64,000 bases of DNA from Bacillota bacterium (GTDB lineage Bacteria > Bacillota > Sulfobacillia > JAJZYS01 > JAJYTV01): NCBI GenBank assembly GCA_021793645.1, contig JAJYSJ010000002.1:144753-208752 (forward strand), in the 5' to 3' direction. Below the pieces are notes generated by a model. The model was given only the letters and a program-made list of their open reading frames with translations. It ran no database searches and was not told the DNA's origin. Both the position numbers and the translations under genes were made by a program. Shown piece by piece: positions 9,864-20,127 of this stretch. How positions within the stretch are numbered: position 1 is the first letter of the stretch; every line of letters starts with the position of its first letter.

Positions 9864-10453
9864 CGTTTCGCTTCAAGACGCCTGAGCGCCAGGTTGAGCT
9901 GCAGCACGTTGACCCGTTGCGGGCCATAGAGGTCGAGCGACGGTCCGCGGACCTCGCGCAGAACGAGCGCGCGCAGCCGCCCTGCGGAGATGCCAGTCCG
10001 CTTGGCTAGCCCCGGCACCTGGAGGAGTGCCGACTGCAGGGTGATCTCCGGATCGAGGCCGGAGCCCGAACTCTCGACCAGGTTCGCCGGAATCGGTCCC
10101 GGACCGACCAGCGGTCGGATCGCAGCGATGTCGCTGCGCACCGCCTGCACGAGGGCGCGGTTCGTCGGTCCGAGGTTCGAGCCGCCCGAGTTGTTGGCCG
10201 CGTACGGCTCAGGCTTACCCGTCTGAGGATTCACGGTTGCGGAGGGTCGGTCCTGAAACAGGTCCTTGGACGTGACCGCCTGACCGATCAGCATCGAACC
10301 GACAACGCGCCCGCCGCGCGTGACGAGGGACCCGTTCGCCTGGCGAGGGAAAAGGGCCTGGCCGATGCCGAGGACAATCACGGAATACGCGATGCCGAAG
10401 ATCAGGAAGGTCACGATGGCCAGCCGAACGTTGCGCCAAATCTCCGCGAGCAT
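9860..10453 (-). CDS. kdpC: potassium-transporting ATPase subunit C
   Basis: KdpC-like sequence with one N-terminal TM helix, located between kdpB and kdpD. Confidence 0.9.
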   Translation of the reverse strand: MLAEIWRNVRLAIVTFLIFGIAYSVIVLGIGQALFPRQANGSLVTRGGRVVGSMLIGQAVTSKDLFQDRPSATVNPQTGKPEPYAANNSGGSNLGPTNRALVQAVRSDIAAIRPLVGPGPIPANLVESSGSGLDPEITLQSALLQVPGLAKRTGISAGRLRALVLREVRGPSLDLYGPQRVNVLQLNLALRRLEAKR

Positions 10454-10471
10454 AAAGGTTCTCCTCCCTCG

Positions 10472-12517
10472 TCAGATGTGCGCAAGCCCCAAGGCAGTGA
10501 GCGCGAGGTCGATCAGCTTGATGCCAAGGAACGGTGCGATGACGCCGCCGAGGCCGTAGATGAGCATGTTCCGCTGCAGCATCTGCGTCGCGTTCATCGG
10601 GCGGTAGCGCACGCCCCGCAGGGCGAGCGGAATCAGGGCCGGGATGATCAGGGCATTGAAGATGAGCGCCGAGAGGATTGCGCTCCTGGGCGACGTCAGG
10701 TGCATGACGTTGAGGGCTTGCAGGGCCGGAACGGTAGCAACGAACATCGCAGGGATGATCGCGAAGTACTTCGCGACATCGTTGGCGATCGAGAAGGTCG
10801 TGATCGCACCGCGCGTGATCAGCAGCTGCTTGCCGATCGAGACGACCTCGATCAGCTTCGTCGGGTCGGAGTCGAGATCGACCATGTTGCCTGCTTCCTT
10901 GGCTGCAGACGTCCCGGAGTTCATCGCGAGCCCGACGTCCGCCTGCGCCAGTGCCGGGGCGTCATTCGTCCCGTCGCCGGTCATCGCGACGAGTTTGCCC
11001 TGGGACTGCTCTTCGCGGATGCGCCGCATCTTGTCCTCCGGCTTCGCCTCGGCGATGAAGTCGTCGACCCCTGCCTCGCGGGCGATCGTCGCGGCCGTCA
11101 GCGGATTGTCGCCTGTCACCATCACGGTGTGGATGCCCATCCGGCGCAGTGCCGCGAAGCGATCCTGCATGCCCGGCTTGATGATGTCCTTGAGGTGAAT
11201 CACACCGAGAACCATCCCCTGATCGATCACGGCCAGCGGGGTGCCGCCGGCGCGGGCGATCTCCTCGGTGATGGCGTCCAGTTCCGGTGGCAGCGCCCCC
11301 GCACCGCGCAGGGCCATCCGCTTGATCACATCGACCGCGCCCTTGCTGATCTCCCTGCCGCCCGCCAGCACGATGCCGGAGCGCCGGGTCTCTGCCGAGA
11401 AGGCGATGGCGGCAGCGCCTACCAGTACATCCGGTGCAACGTCGACGCCCTGCTTGCGGGCGAGATCCACGATCGAGCGCCCCTCCGGCGTCTCGTCGTA
11501 GTACGAGGCGAGGAGGGAGGCTTCGACCATCTGGGCCGCCTCCACGCCTGGCAGGGGACGGAACGCATCTGCCATGCGGTTGCCGAGCGTGATCGTGCCC
11601 GTCTTGTCGAGGATCAGGGTGTCGACGTCCCCCGCCGCCTCCACCGCCCTGCCGGACTTGGCGATGATGTTGAAGCGGATGACGCGGTCCATGCCAGCGA
11701 TCCCGATCGCCGAGAGAAGCGCTCCGATCGTCGTCGGGATCAGGCAGACGAGCAGCGCGATCAGCGTCGCGATCGAGAGCGTGCTGTGCAGGTAATGCGC
11801 CATCGGCGGCAGCGAGTCGATCACGATCAAGAAGATCAGCGTAAGGGCCGAGAGGAGCACGGTGAGGGCGATCTCGTTCGGCGACTTCTGGCGCTCCGCA
11901 CCCTCGACGAGGGCGATCATGCGGTCCAGGAAGGACTTGCCCGGTTCCGCCGTCACACGCATCTCGATCCAGTCGGAAAGCACCTTCGTCCCTCCGGTGA
12001 CCGAGGAGAAGTCGCCGCCAGCCTCGCGGATCACGGGTGCAGATTCTCCCGTAATCGCCGACTCGTCGATCGATGCCACGCCCCGCACGATCTCTCCATC
12101 CGCCGGTACCAGTTCACCGGCCGCTACTCGAACCAAATCACCCGTACGCAGGCTGGAGGCCGCCGCGTCCCCCATCGGACGGCCGCTTTCATCGATGCGG
12201 TGCGCAACCGTGTCGCTCTTCGTACGGCGCAGGCTCGCTGCCTGCGCGCGCCCTCGGCCTTCTGCCAGCGCCTCCGCGAAGTTCGCGAAGAGCAGCGTCA
12301 GGAGCAGGATCACGGTCACGACAATGTCATAGGGACGGGCACCCGGACCCGTACTGCCGAAGATGCGCGGATCCACGCTCAGCAGGAGCGTGATGAAGGT
12401 TCCCACCTCAACCACGAACATCACGGGGTTGCGCCACTGGACCCTTGGGTCGAGCTTCGCGAACGAGTCGACGAGTGCCTGGCGGTAGACGCCTTCGTAG
12501 GAAATGCCGCGTTGCAT
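10472..12517 (-). CDS. kdpB: potassium-transporting P-type ATPase subunit B
   Basis: P-type ATPase motifs [15 protein letters not shown] and [10 protein letters not shown]; 681 aa. Confidence 0.95.
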   Translation of the reverse strand: MQRGISYEGVYRQALVDSFAKLDPRVQWRNPVMFVVEVGTFITLLLSVDPRIFGSTGPGARPYDIVVTVILLLTLLFANFAEALAEGRGRAQAASLRRTKSDTVAHRIDESGRPMGDAAASSLRTGDLVRVAAGELVPADGEIVRGVASIDESAITGESAPVIREAGGDFSSVTGGTKVLSDWIEMRVTAEPGKSFLDRMIALVEGAERQKSPNEIALTVLLSALTLIFLIVIDSLPPMAHYLHSTLSIATLIALLVCLIPTTIGALLSAIGIAGMDRVIRFNIIAKSGRAVEAAGDVDTLILDKTGTITLGNRMADAFRPLPGVEAAQMVEASLLASYYDETPEGRSIVDLARKQGVDVAPDVLVGAAAIAFSAETRRSGIVLAGGREISKGAVDVIKRMALRGAGALPPELDAITEEIARAGGTPLAVIDQGMVLGVIHLKDIIKPGMQDRFAALRRMGIHTVMVTGDNPLTAATIAREAGVDDFIAEAKPEDKMRRIREEQSQGKLVAMTGDGTNDAPALAQADVGLAMNSGTSAAKEAGNMVDLDSDPTKLIEVVSIGKQLLITRGAITTFSIANDVAKYFAIIPAMFVATVPALQALNVMHLTSPRSAILSALIFNALIIPALIPLALRGVRYRPMNATQMLQRNMLIYGLGGVIAPFLGIKLIDLALTALGLAHI

Positions 12518-12519
12518 GA

Positions 12520-14217
12520 CTAGAACACCTTTCCGGCCAACATGGCCAACTGTTCCGCAATCGGCCCCAGCGCAAGCGCCGGGAAGAACGTCAGGGCGCC
12601 GACGATCAGGAGCACTCCCATGTAGACGACGCCGAAGGTCCAGGTGTCCGTTCGCAGGGTCCCGGGCGATGCCGGGACGGTCTTCTTCCCAGCCAGCGAG
12701 CCCGCGATGTAGAGCATGAGGAGCATCGAGGGATAGCGACCGAGCAGGATCACGATGCCTGTGGTGATGGCGTAGAAGGGCGACGAGGCGCCGAGTCCCG
12801 CGAACGCACTGCCATTGTTGGCTGCGGCGGACGTATAGGCGTAGACGACTTCACTGAGGCCGTGCAATCCCGGATTGAAGATCCCCGCGAGGCCGGCGGC
12901 TGACGCAAGGGCGATTGCGGACGGCCAGAGGATGATCAGCGGATGGATCAGCATGGCCGCCGCTGCGGCCTTCACTTCGCGCGCCTCGATCTTCTTGCCG
13001 AACAGTTCCGGGGTTCGTCCGACCATCAGGCCAGTGACGAAGACGGCGAGGATCACGAACATCAGGATGTTGAGCAGTCCTGCACCCACGCCGCCAAAGA
13101 CCGCGTTGAGCATCATCTGGAAGAGCGGCACAATGCCTCCCAAGGGCAAGAGGCTGTCGTGCATCGCATTGACGGCTCCGGTGGTGTAGGCGGTGGTTAG
13201 GGTCGCAAAGAGCGACGTTCCGGCAATACCAAAGCGCGTCTCCTTGCCGATCCAGTTTGCGCCGGAAACTTTCAGCAGGTGCTGCAGGATTGGGTTTCCA
13301 CCCGCCTCCGCGCTATAGAGGACGAGCAGCAGCACGACCATCAGGCCCATCGTCACGCCGTAGAGCACCCAGGCCTGCTTGCGATTCTTGATGTAGTTGC
13401 CGAAGGTGAACAGCAGTGCCGTCGGCAGGAGCGCCATCAAAAATTCCTCGATCAGGTTGGAGATCGGTGTAGGGTTCTCGAACGGATGGGCGGAGTTCGC
13501 GTTGAAGAAGCCGCCGCCGTTCGTGCCCAGCTGCTTGATCGCCTCGAATGCCGCAACCGGACCGCGGGAGATGGTCTGCACGCCGCCCGACAGCGTGTGC
13601 GCCGTCACGGCTCCCCCAAGGGTGTCCGGAACCCCAGTGGCCAAAAGTGCGATCGCGAAGAGCAGCGCGATTGGGAAGAAGATGCGCGTCAATGACCGCA
13701 CGAAGTCGCGGTAGAAGTTGCCAAGGTCCGTACGTCCCGGCGTGAAGCTGCGTGCAAAGGCGATTGCCACCAGCAGGCCAGACGCCGGGGAGGTGAACTG
13801 AAGGAACTGCAGCGCCCACTGGCTGAGGTAGCTCAGCGCCGTCTCGCCCGAGTAGACCTGCCAGTCGCAGTTGGAGATGAAGCTGACAACCGTGTTGAAG
13901 ATGGTGGTTGGGGCAATCGGGCCGATCCTTGCCGGATTAAGCGGCAAGGACGTCTGGAAGACCAGGACAAGGTACACGACGATCGCCATCACGAGATTCG
14001 AAAGCAGAAATGCGATTGCGTAGCCGCGCCAGTCCATGCCGCGCTCCGGGTCGATGCCCGCCACGCGGTAGATCAGGCGGTCGAACGGGTCAAGGAGGCG
14101 GTCTAGAAGTGTCCTTTGCCCCTCCATCACCCGGTAGATGTACGTCCCGACCGGTACCGCGACGGCGGTCAGGACGGCCAGAAACAATGCATCGCCGAGG
14201 AGTCCCCGTATGGTCAT
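12520..14217 (-). CDS. kdpA: potassium-transporting ATPase subunit A
   Basis: 565-aa polytopic KdpA-like protein immediately upstream of kdpB. Confidence 0.95.
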   Translation of the reverse strand: MTIRGLLGDALFLAVLTAVAVPVGTYIYRVMEGQRTLLDRLLDPFDRLIYRVAGIDPERGMDWRGYAIAFLLSNLVMAIVVYLVLVFQTSLPLNPARIGPIAPTTIFNTVVSFISNCDWQVYSGETALSYLSQWALQFLQFTSPASGLLVAIAFARSFTPGRTDLGNFYRDFVRSLTRIFFPIALLFAIALLATGVPDTLGGAVTAHTLSGGVQTISRGPVAAFEAIKQLGTNGGGFFNANSAHPFENPTPISNLIEEFLMALLPTALLFTFGNYIKNRKQAWVLYGVTMGLMVVLLLVLYSAEAGGNPILQHLLKVSGANWIGKETRFGIAGTSLFATLTTAYTTGAVNAMHDSLLPLGGIVPLFQMMLNAVFGGVGAGLLNILMFVILAVFVTGLMVGRTPELFGKKIEAREVKAAAAAMLIHPLIILWPSAIALASAAGLAGIFNPGLHGLSEVVYAYTSAAANNGSAFAGLGASSPFYAITTGIVILLGRYPSMLLMLYIAGSLAGKKTVPASPGTLRTDTWTFGVVYMGVLLIVGALTFFPALALGPIAEQLAMLAGKVF

Positions 14218-14243
14218 ACGATCTGCGCCATCCTTTCACCAGG

Positions 14244-14321
14244 TCAGAAGCGCTCCGGTCGGAGCATCGCGTATACGAGGTAGCCGATCAGGAGAAGCGA
14301 GATGCCAAGCAAGACGATCAT
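14244..14321 (-). CDS. kdpF: KdpF-like 25-aa membrane peptide (MIVLLGISLLLIGYLVYAMLRPERF)
   Basis: Read by hand on the minus strand (below the 60-aa cutoff of the ORF track). A GGAGG RBS lies 8 nt upstream. Hydrophobic single-TM peptide directly upstream of kdpA, with the typical KdpF size and composition. Confidence 0.6.
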   Translation of the reverse strand: MIVLLGISLLLIGYLVYAMLRPERF

Positions 14322-14443
14322 CTACGCACACCTCCGCGCCGTACGACGGCGATCAACGCCGAGAAGAATGCAACGACTGAGAGCATACCCAGCAGGTTAC
14401 CCACCGCAGTCCCTCCTTCGAAGCGCGCAGATCCCAGAAGGAG

Positions 14444-14496
14444 CTCTCAAAAGGACAAATGCCGACGCCGGGGTGCCTTCGCACCCCGACGCCGGC
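14444..14496 (-). terminator. rho-independent terminator (16-bp GC stem GCCGGCGUCGGGGUGC / GCACCCCGGCGUCGGC + U-rich tail) after the DUF2294 gene, ~120 nt upstream of kdpF
   Basis: Perfect inverted repeat read directly; on the minus strand it is followed by AUUUGUCCUUUU. Confidence 0.6.
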
Positions 14497-14518
14497 ACCA
14501 TCTCCGGCTGGTCTCCGT

Positions 14519-14896
14519 CTAGCGGCTACCCTCCGGCTGATCGTCCCTGCGTCGAACCTGCCGATCGAAGTTGCGGTCGAGCACATAGATCTCGATCCGC
14601 TCGCCCGTCCGCGTCGAGATGTCCGAGTGGCTTGAGACCACGTCGCATCCCGTCTCTCGGGCCACGATCTCCTGCAGTTCCTCGCTGCAGCCTTCGCGAA
14701 GGACAAGGCGCAATTCCTTGATCAGCCTGCGCCCTTCCGACTGCTGTGCGAGCCGCTGCTCCATACGGGACAGGGTCCCCTTGAACCGCACGATCACCAT
14801 GTCCTCCAGGATGTACGTCCTGGCCTCGGTCGGCCCGTGACCGGTCAGTTCGGCCTGGTAATGGACCATTGCACTCGTGATCGCGCTTTCGATCAT
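14519..14896 (-). CDS. DUF2294-family protein (MpsC-like)
   Basis: The conserved C-terminal block HSDISTRTGERIEIYVLDRN and overall DUF2294 similarity. The start was chosen at MIESAIT; the overlapping alternative-frame ORF 14526..15083 is rejected. Confidence 0.65.
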   Translation of the reverse strand: MIESAITSAMVHYQAELTGHGPTEARTYILEDMVIVRFKGTLSRMEQRLAQQSEGRRLIKELRLVLREGCSEELQEIVARETGCDVVSSHSDISTRTGERIEIYVLDRNFDRQVRRRDDQPEGSR

Positions 14897-15205
14897 TCCT
14901 TTGCGTCCCGGCGATGCACCGGGATCGGAAGACACGTGCGCCACCTTCCCCCCTGCGGCTTGCGAGGTTAGCTGACGGGCTCGGTGGGGAGGCCACCGGT
15001 CGCATCCGCGACTTCGCCCCGATGTTCGGGTCCCCCGCCCCGGTGTTCCCACCGGGTTCAGCCATGCAACATACAAACGCCACTATAGCACCTGGACCGC
15101 AGGAGTAAAGCGTCTCCCTGGATGGTCCAGCGCGCCGAAGAAGTCAAACGCAGTGATGTGATTCGATTGCGCAGCGCGTACGCTTTGCGTCTTCGCCTGC
15201 CGCCG

Positions 15206-15607
15206 TCACGCGCGTCCGCACATCCGCAGAACCGCCAGCCACGTCCAAATGCGGTGCGCTTCGACGAAGTTGGCCTGCACGCCGTACGAAGAGACGAGGA
15301 ACTGGTCTGCGAAGTCCTGCGCAAGGGCGCTGGCATCCTCCAAGCGCAGCGCATTCGGCTCGAATGCGGCGAAGTCGCACAAGATGGCGATCGCAATGCT
15401 CTCAGGCCGTTCTCGGGGCGCAAGCGCGAGCGGCTGCAGGCAGCCTTGGGCGTACCTCCACCACCGCACCCCATCCCCAGCTGAGATGCCGGCGTAAACG
15501 ATCTCGTCCATCCGCGCCACCGTCCATCCCGTTTGCGGCAAGGATCGCCCGGCGCCGGGCATTTCAACCGTGCTCCGGACCGCTTGCGCCAATACGTCGT
15601 TCGTCAT
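15206..15607 (-). CDS. hypothetical protein
   Basis: ORF divergent from the marR-like gene; no family recognised. Start chosen at MTNDVLAQ. Confidence 0.35.
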   Translation of the reverse strand: MTNDVLAQAVRSTVEMPGAGRSLPQTGWTVARMDEIVYAGISAGDGVRWWRYAQGCLQPLALAPRERPESIAIAILCDFAAFEPNALRLEDASALAQDFADQFLVSSYGVQANFVEAHRIWTWLAVLRMCGRA

Positions 15608-15666
15608 ATAGTTTTGCCAACACATTATGTGGCGGTGGTCGTACGGCGACACAGAACCCCGACGCG

Positions 15667-16095
15667 TTGAGGGATCTTGGACGTGTGGCGCAGGCGTTTC
15701 AGCGTCTGGAGCGGACCGCCTTCAGTGAGCTGGGACCCGCTACCGAGACACAGTGCAGGATCCTTGCGGAACTGCTCCCGGCCCGCGGCATGTCGATCTC
15801 CGCGCTCGCCTTGCGCGTTGGCAGCGATCGTCCGTGGGTAAGTCAGGTGGTCGAGCGGATGCGCCTAGCCGGCCTCGTCGAGCGCGAACCGGACCAAGAC
15901 GATCGCCGCCGCGTCCGCGTCCGGCTGACAGCGGCCGGACGCCGCAGCGCAGCCCAACTGCGCATCGCCCTGCAAGAGCAGGTCCAGCGGCTGTTGGCCC
16001 GCATCCCCTCCGCTCGACGGCAGGCCGTACTGGAAGCGCTCGGGTCCCTGGCGGATGCCCTGGAAGCAAAGGATCGCCGCACGCACCTCCTCTAG
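15667..16095 (+). CDS. MarR-family transcriptional regulator
   Basis: Winged-helix MarR signature (MSISALALRVGSDRPWVSQVVERMRLAGLVERE..DRRRVRVRLTAAGR). TTG or GTG start; the long upstream extension in the track is non-coding. Confidence 0.8.
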   Translation: MRDLGRVAQAFQRLERTAFSELGPATETQCRILAELLPARGMSISALALRVGSDRPWVSQVVERMRLAGLVEREPDQDDRRRVRVRLTAAGRRSAAQLRIALQEQVQRLLARIPSARRQAVLEALGSLADALEAKDRRTHLL

Positions 16096-16287
16096 GTCTC
16101 GGCGTGCGCGATCCCCTTGCAAAGCCGAACACATTTTCTGCTTATACGCGCGCTGGCCACGCGCCAGCCGTTCCTATGCTGTACGTAGTGCGCCTGCAGC
16201 CGGTGTTCTACCGCGCTGTCGTTAAAGTTGGTTGGATCTCCTCTGATCGATCGGACTCCTCAACCCACCGTATCGCCGCAATCCTCG

Positions 16288-16640
16288 TCACGGTGCCGAG
16301 CCCGGGCCCCCTGCAACCCTGCCAAGCCCCAGTAGAGGTTCATCGAGTGCCGCTTCCTTCGGGTGTACGAGCCCCCCTCGGCCGCCACCATCCCCGCACG
16401 CTCCTTTGCATCGCCGTTCGGCCCGAGGCGCCGTCCGAAAGGTCCGAATCCAGCAGCACCGCGTCAGCCCCGTGCTCGCCACCATCGGACATATACACGC
16501 CGAAATGGCTGCGCCAAGACGCCACAGTTCCTCGTAGTCTTGCAAAAGCGGCGTCCCTGCCACTCCCGTCGCCGCGTTGAGCCATACCGCATTCTTCTTC
16601 GAGACATCGGCGACCACGCCGCCGCTCACCAGCGGATAGA
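16288..16640 (-). pseudogene. frameshifted remnant resembling the C-terminal part of an amidohydrolase-superfamily enzyme
   Basis: Two overlapping minus-strand frames carry ..GEHGADAVLLDSD.. (a GSDADLVL.DP-like amidohydrolase C-terminal motif) and ..NAVWLNAATGVAGTPLL.. There is no intact ORF in an ~850-nt gene-free interval. Confidence 0.3.
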
Positions 16641-16948
16641 TTTCATTGCCATGCCCTCCGCGTCACGCGCAGGCGGTGCCTGTCCGCAGGCAAAGCGGTG
16701 AAGTGGCGGCTGCGGCGCCACACTGGGCAATGTAGCGCGGTGTTACCGACGGAAAACGCCTCGGTTAACCCGGGCGCGGGTTTCCTTGGGCCAGCACAAG
16801 ACCGTCAGCGACATGCGGGCCGCATCGTTCGGCTGCGGCATCAGCCAACGCACCACTTGCGCATGGCACCTTGGCGCCTGTGGGCAAGAGACGGCGGGCG
16901 AAAATTGTGGTTTGCTGGGGATTGACGGTCGAGAAGGAGCGTCGGGCC

Positions 16949-18115
16949 ATGTCGAGAACCGGAAGCTGGCTGGCACCCTTCGCGCTCTTCTGGCGCGCCT
17001 TCGGTCAGATCGTCATCGTGAGCTTCGTACCGCTCCAGCTGGTAAGCACAGGAGACCACCACTACCTGGCGCTCGGCTTCATCTACGGGCTGCCCTTCTT
17101 CATGCAACTGCTCTTCGCGCCGCTTTGGGGCCGCTTGCTCGACCGCATGCGGCGCCCCGGAGTGCTTGCAGCGATCGGCTTTGTGGGGTACGCGGCCATG
17201 GAAGCCGGCACGGCCGTTTCCGGCAGCCAGTCCGGCATCTTCCTCTCGCTGGCGCTCGGCGGCGTCCTAGGAGCAGCACTCTCCCCCGCCGCCAAGTGGC
17301 AGGCCCTGCGCGCCAGAGACGGGCACCGCACGCTGGCACTCGCCCTGCGAGCGGAGGCGGCGGGCTGGCTTGCGGGTGCACTGCTGCCGGCCGTCTTCTC
17401 GGCAATGGGCCGCGACGTCTTTCAACTGCTCGGCGTCACCGCAGTATGCACAGTTCTTAGCGCGCCGATCTTCTGGCCCGTCGCGGACACTGCGCCTGCC
17501 GAACCAGAACTGCCACCCGGCGACGCAGCAGCCCGGCGGTTGCCGCTCGGGTTCTGGCTGTTCTTCCTTGGAGCATTCCTCCAGTTCCTGATCGGCGAGA
17601 CGTTCTACGCCTTCTACGGCGTCTACCTGACGCGTTACCTCGGCGGGCCGCTCTGGCTCTACAGCGGCAGCATCGCGGTTACGACGGTCCTTGGTCTACT
17701 CCTCTATGGCTTCGCGGCGCGTACCACGCATCGCGTCGGCGCTGGGCCCGTGCTGATTGCGACCTCCCTCGTCTATCTCGTCTCCTACGGTCTTCTCGCA
17801 CTCTTCCCAAGCGTGCCGATGGCAGCGATCACCTTCTCGATCCCGGCCTTCAGCTTCTTCCGGACGGCCGCCACGATCGGGATCGCCCATGCCGCTCCCA
17901 ACCGCAGCGGCAGCGCAATGGGCATGCTCGATGCCGCAGAAGGCCTTGCCTCCTCGATCGGCGGACCGGTCTCCGGATTCTTTGTCGCGACCTCTTCCCT
18001 TGGCGTGCTGCCCCTCCTGCCGCTGATGCTCTCTGCAGTCGCGTCAGTGCCGCTGCTGCTCGCTAGGCGTGCTCGTGCAGCACTGCCGTCGGCAGGGGTT
18101 GGGGAGCCGCTCTGA
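16949..18115 (+). CDS. MFS transporter
   Basis: 12-TM-like hydropathy with an MFS loop motif (GRLLDRMRRPG). Confidence 0.8.
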   Translation: MSRTGSWLAPFALFWRAFGQIVIVSFVPLQLVSTGDHHYLALGFIYGLPFFMQLLFAPLWGRLLDRMRRPGVLAAIGFVGYAAMEAGTAVSGSQSGIFLSLALGGVLGAALSPAAKWQALRARDGHRTLALALRAEAAGWLAGALLPAVFSAMGRDVFQLLGVTAVCTVLSAPIFWPVADTAPAEPELPPGDAAARRLPLGFWLFFLGAFLQFLIGETFYAFYGVYLTRYLGGPLWLYSGSIAVTTVLGLLLYGFAARTTHRVGAGPVLIATSLVYLVSYGLLALFPSVPMAAITFSIPAFSFFRTAATIGIAHAAPNRSGSAMGMLDAAEGLASSIGGPVSGFFVATSSLGVLPLLPLMLSAVASVPLLLARRARAALPSAGVGEPL

Positions 18116-18396
18116 AAAACAGAAGCCGGTATATCTTCGGCTTCTCGCAATGATCCGCACTCCGTCCCCAGGACATGTTCCAAGGACTCCGTGTCTCACG
18201 GGCCAACGGAGGCCGAAGAAAGTCTCTTAGTGGTAGTCGGCTCTTCATCTGCTCTGGGACCCAGCCGGTCATCGGCCTGGGCCGAAGAGTCAGCCATACT
18301 GCCCGCGCAGCAGGCAGGTATGCTGGAGCGAGGATGAGGACAAGGAGCGCAACAGGGGGCACCGCGACTGGGGCGGCCCTTTTTTCACAAGTACGA

Positions 18397-19059
18397 CTAC
18401 CGCTCTGTGCGCAGTCCAGCCAGATCCTCCAGCGCGACGCCCTCAAGCGTAGTACGGCGTACTGCGGTCGACGGGAACGCAAAGCTGCTTGTGACGCTAT
18501 TTGGCACAACGAGGCAAGCTACACCTGCGCGCGCGGCTGCTAGCGCTCCATTCGGAGAGTCCTCCACGGCGACGGCCTCGCTCGCCGCTATGCCAAGCCG
18601 TTCCAGTGCAAGGAGGTAGACGGCCGGGTCTGGCTTGCCGCGCCCCGTGTCGTCGGAGCAGCAGATCGTCGTAAAGGCGTCGATCAACCCCAGTCGGCGC
18701 AGATGTCGCTCCACCCAACCGTGTTGGGAGCTGGAAGCGATCGCGAGTGCCACTCCTGCGGCCTCGGCCTGAGCGATCAAGGCGCGCACGCCCGGGCGGG
18801 CGTCCATTGCGTCCGTGAGCGCGCGGTCCCGTTCGCGCCTGCGGTGCCTAATCTCCTGATGAGGCAGCTTCTGACCGGTCAGCTGCTCGAGATGGGCGAC
18901 CGGATCGAAGCCGCCGCCAGCGGTACCGACGACGTTTGCCCAGGTGGAGAGTGCTAGGCTCTGGCCGTAGCGGGCATACACCTCCTGCCAGGTGCGGTAC
19001 TCCGCGTCTTCGGTGTCCAAAATGGTGCCGTCGAAGTCGAACACGAGCGCCTTAAGCAC
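18397..19059 (-). CDS. HAD-IA family hydrolase (beta-phosphoglucomutase-like phosphatase)
   Basis: Motif I DFDGT, motif III K and motif IV EDSPNG. GTG start with a GAGG RBS overlaps the DoxX stop by 8 nt. Confidence 0.8.
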   Translation of the reverse strand: MLKALVFDFDGTILDTEDAEYRTWQEVYARYGQSLALSTWANVVGTAGGGFDPVAHLEQLTGQKLPHQEIRHRRRERDRALTDAMDARPGVRALIAQAEAAGVALAIASSSQHGWVERHLRRLGLIDAFTTICCSDDTGRGKPDPAVYLLALERLGIAASEAVAVEDSPNGALAAARAGVACLVVPNSVTSSFAFPSTAVRRTTLEGVALEDLAGLRTER

Positions 19060-19480
19060 TAGCGGCCTCGCGCGGCTTTGGTACGATGGCGAACGAGAGC
19101 ACCATAAGCAGACCGTCGCGGATGAAGTCGCTTGGCGTGATCCCGTGCTGCAGTGCACCGAAGCAGCCGCACCCAAGCGCACCGAGATGGTGCGCCTTTT
19201 CCCAGGTGAGGAAGATCAAAAAGAAGATGTAGATGGCGCCGTTCAACACCGCCACAGGCCGGATTCGCCACGCAAACAGGCTGGCGGCGGCCGTGACCAG
19301 GAACAGCGCGATCTCTCCGTATGGCAGTGCGCCCATGGGCAGCCACGACGGAAGGCCAAGTGCTGCGGTCTGCGACGAGAAGGTCGATGCGGCGTGCAGC
19401 TTCGCGACCGCCGCGACGAGCCAAACCAGTGCGAGACCGAAGAGTGCGACCCGTCTTGCGATGGCCCAGACCGAGTTCAA
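19052..19480 (-). CDS. DoxX-family membrane protein
   Basis: Small 4-TM DoxX/MauE-like protein. Its start overlaps the tenA stop by 4 nt. Confidence 0.65.
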   Translation of the reverse strand: MNSVWAIARRVALFGLALVWLVAAVAKLHAASTFSSQTAALGLPSWLPMGALPYGEIALFLVTAAASLFAWRIRPVAVLNGAIYIFFLIFLTWEKAHHLGALGCGCFGALQHGITPSDFIRDGLLMVLSFAIVPKPREAASA

Positions 19481-20127
19481 TCTGTTTCCTCCTTGCGCGC
19501 GCCGTAGGCCTGCTGCCAGAAGGCGTGCTCGTGCAGGGTGCCCTGCCGGAAGATCGCCGCAAGTTCACCGGCGCGCTCGACCGGCAGCGTGTCGCTGACG
19601 CTGAGCATTTCGCCTACCGCCTGCCCGTACTCCTCCCCCGCGTAGGTCTCGATCCATTCCTGGTAGGCAGGGTGCGGGGACCCGCCCAGCGCCAGCAGCT
19701 GCAATCCAACCTCCCGATAGATCCAGTAGCAAGGGAGCAGCGCGGCGACGATCCGTGGAAAGTCTCCGCGCAAACCGTGGCGCATCAAAAAGTCGCTGTA
19801 GGCAACAGTTGCAGGCCCCTGCTGTACGGCGTGCAGAGCGCCGGGATCGCTGCCGAGCTGCCGCGTCAGTTTTTCGTGCAGCGCCTTTTCAACGAGAAAG
19901 ACATTCTGCGCGTGCGCGGCAAGCATCCGCATCGCGTGTCCGCTTGGCGCATGGGCGCCGCCGAGCAGCAGGACGCGTGCAAAGCCCTCGAGGTAAAGGT
20001 AGTCCTGAGCGAGAAAACGCCGAAACGCCGCTTCGTCCAGCGTGCCTTCATGCAGTTCGCGCAGGAACGGGTGCTCCATGATGCGCGGCCAAAGGTCTGC
20101 GATCGCGGACCAAAGCAGGGAATTCAT
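19477..20127 (-). CDS. tenA: thiaminase II / aminopyrimidine aminohydrolase
   Basis: TenA/THI-4 family similarity over the full length. Start overlaps the thiD stop. Confidence 0.85.
   Translation of the reverse strand: MNSLLWSAIADLWPRIMEHPFLRELHEGTLDEAAFRRFLAQDYLYLEGFARVLLLGGAHAPSGHAMRMLAAHAQNVFLVEKALHEKLTRQLGSDPGALHAVQQGPATVAYSDFLMRHGLRGDFPRIVAALLPCYWIYREVGLQLLALGGSPHPAYQEWIETYAGEEYGQAVGEMLSVSDTLPVERAGELAAIFRQGTLHEHAFWQQAYGARKEETD

Noticed and set aside
10478-12523. 681-aa plus-strand ORF exactly antisense to kdpB, and similar long ORFs (e.g. 42625..44466 +, 55562..57385 +, 4973..5788 -, 21303..22010 -)
   Set aside because: They have arginine/proline/glycine-rich low-complexity translations typical of antisense frames in high-GC DNA, and each is fully overlapped by a well-supported gene on the other strand.
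14322-14518. Possible c-di-AMP (ydaO-type) riboswitch in the kdp leader, as seen upstream of kdp operons in some Firmicutes
   Set aside because: The leader between the upstream gene's terminator and kdpF is only ~120 nt. It contains just a terminator hairpin, promoter space and an RBS, with no pseudoknotted aptamer-like conserved blocks.
14526-15083. Alternative-frame 185-aa ORF overlapping the DUF2294 gene
   Set aside because: It has a low-complexity G/R/A-rich translation, while the other frame carries the conserved DUF2294 C-terminal motif.
15753-16580. 275-aa plus-strand ORF rich in P/R/A across the marR end and the gene-poor interval
   Set aside because: It has a low-complexity composition, overlaps the MarR gene in another frame, and shows no domain-like segment. 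It is judged a GC-frame artefact.
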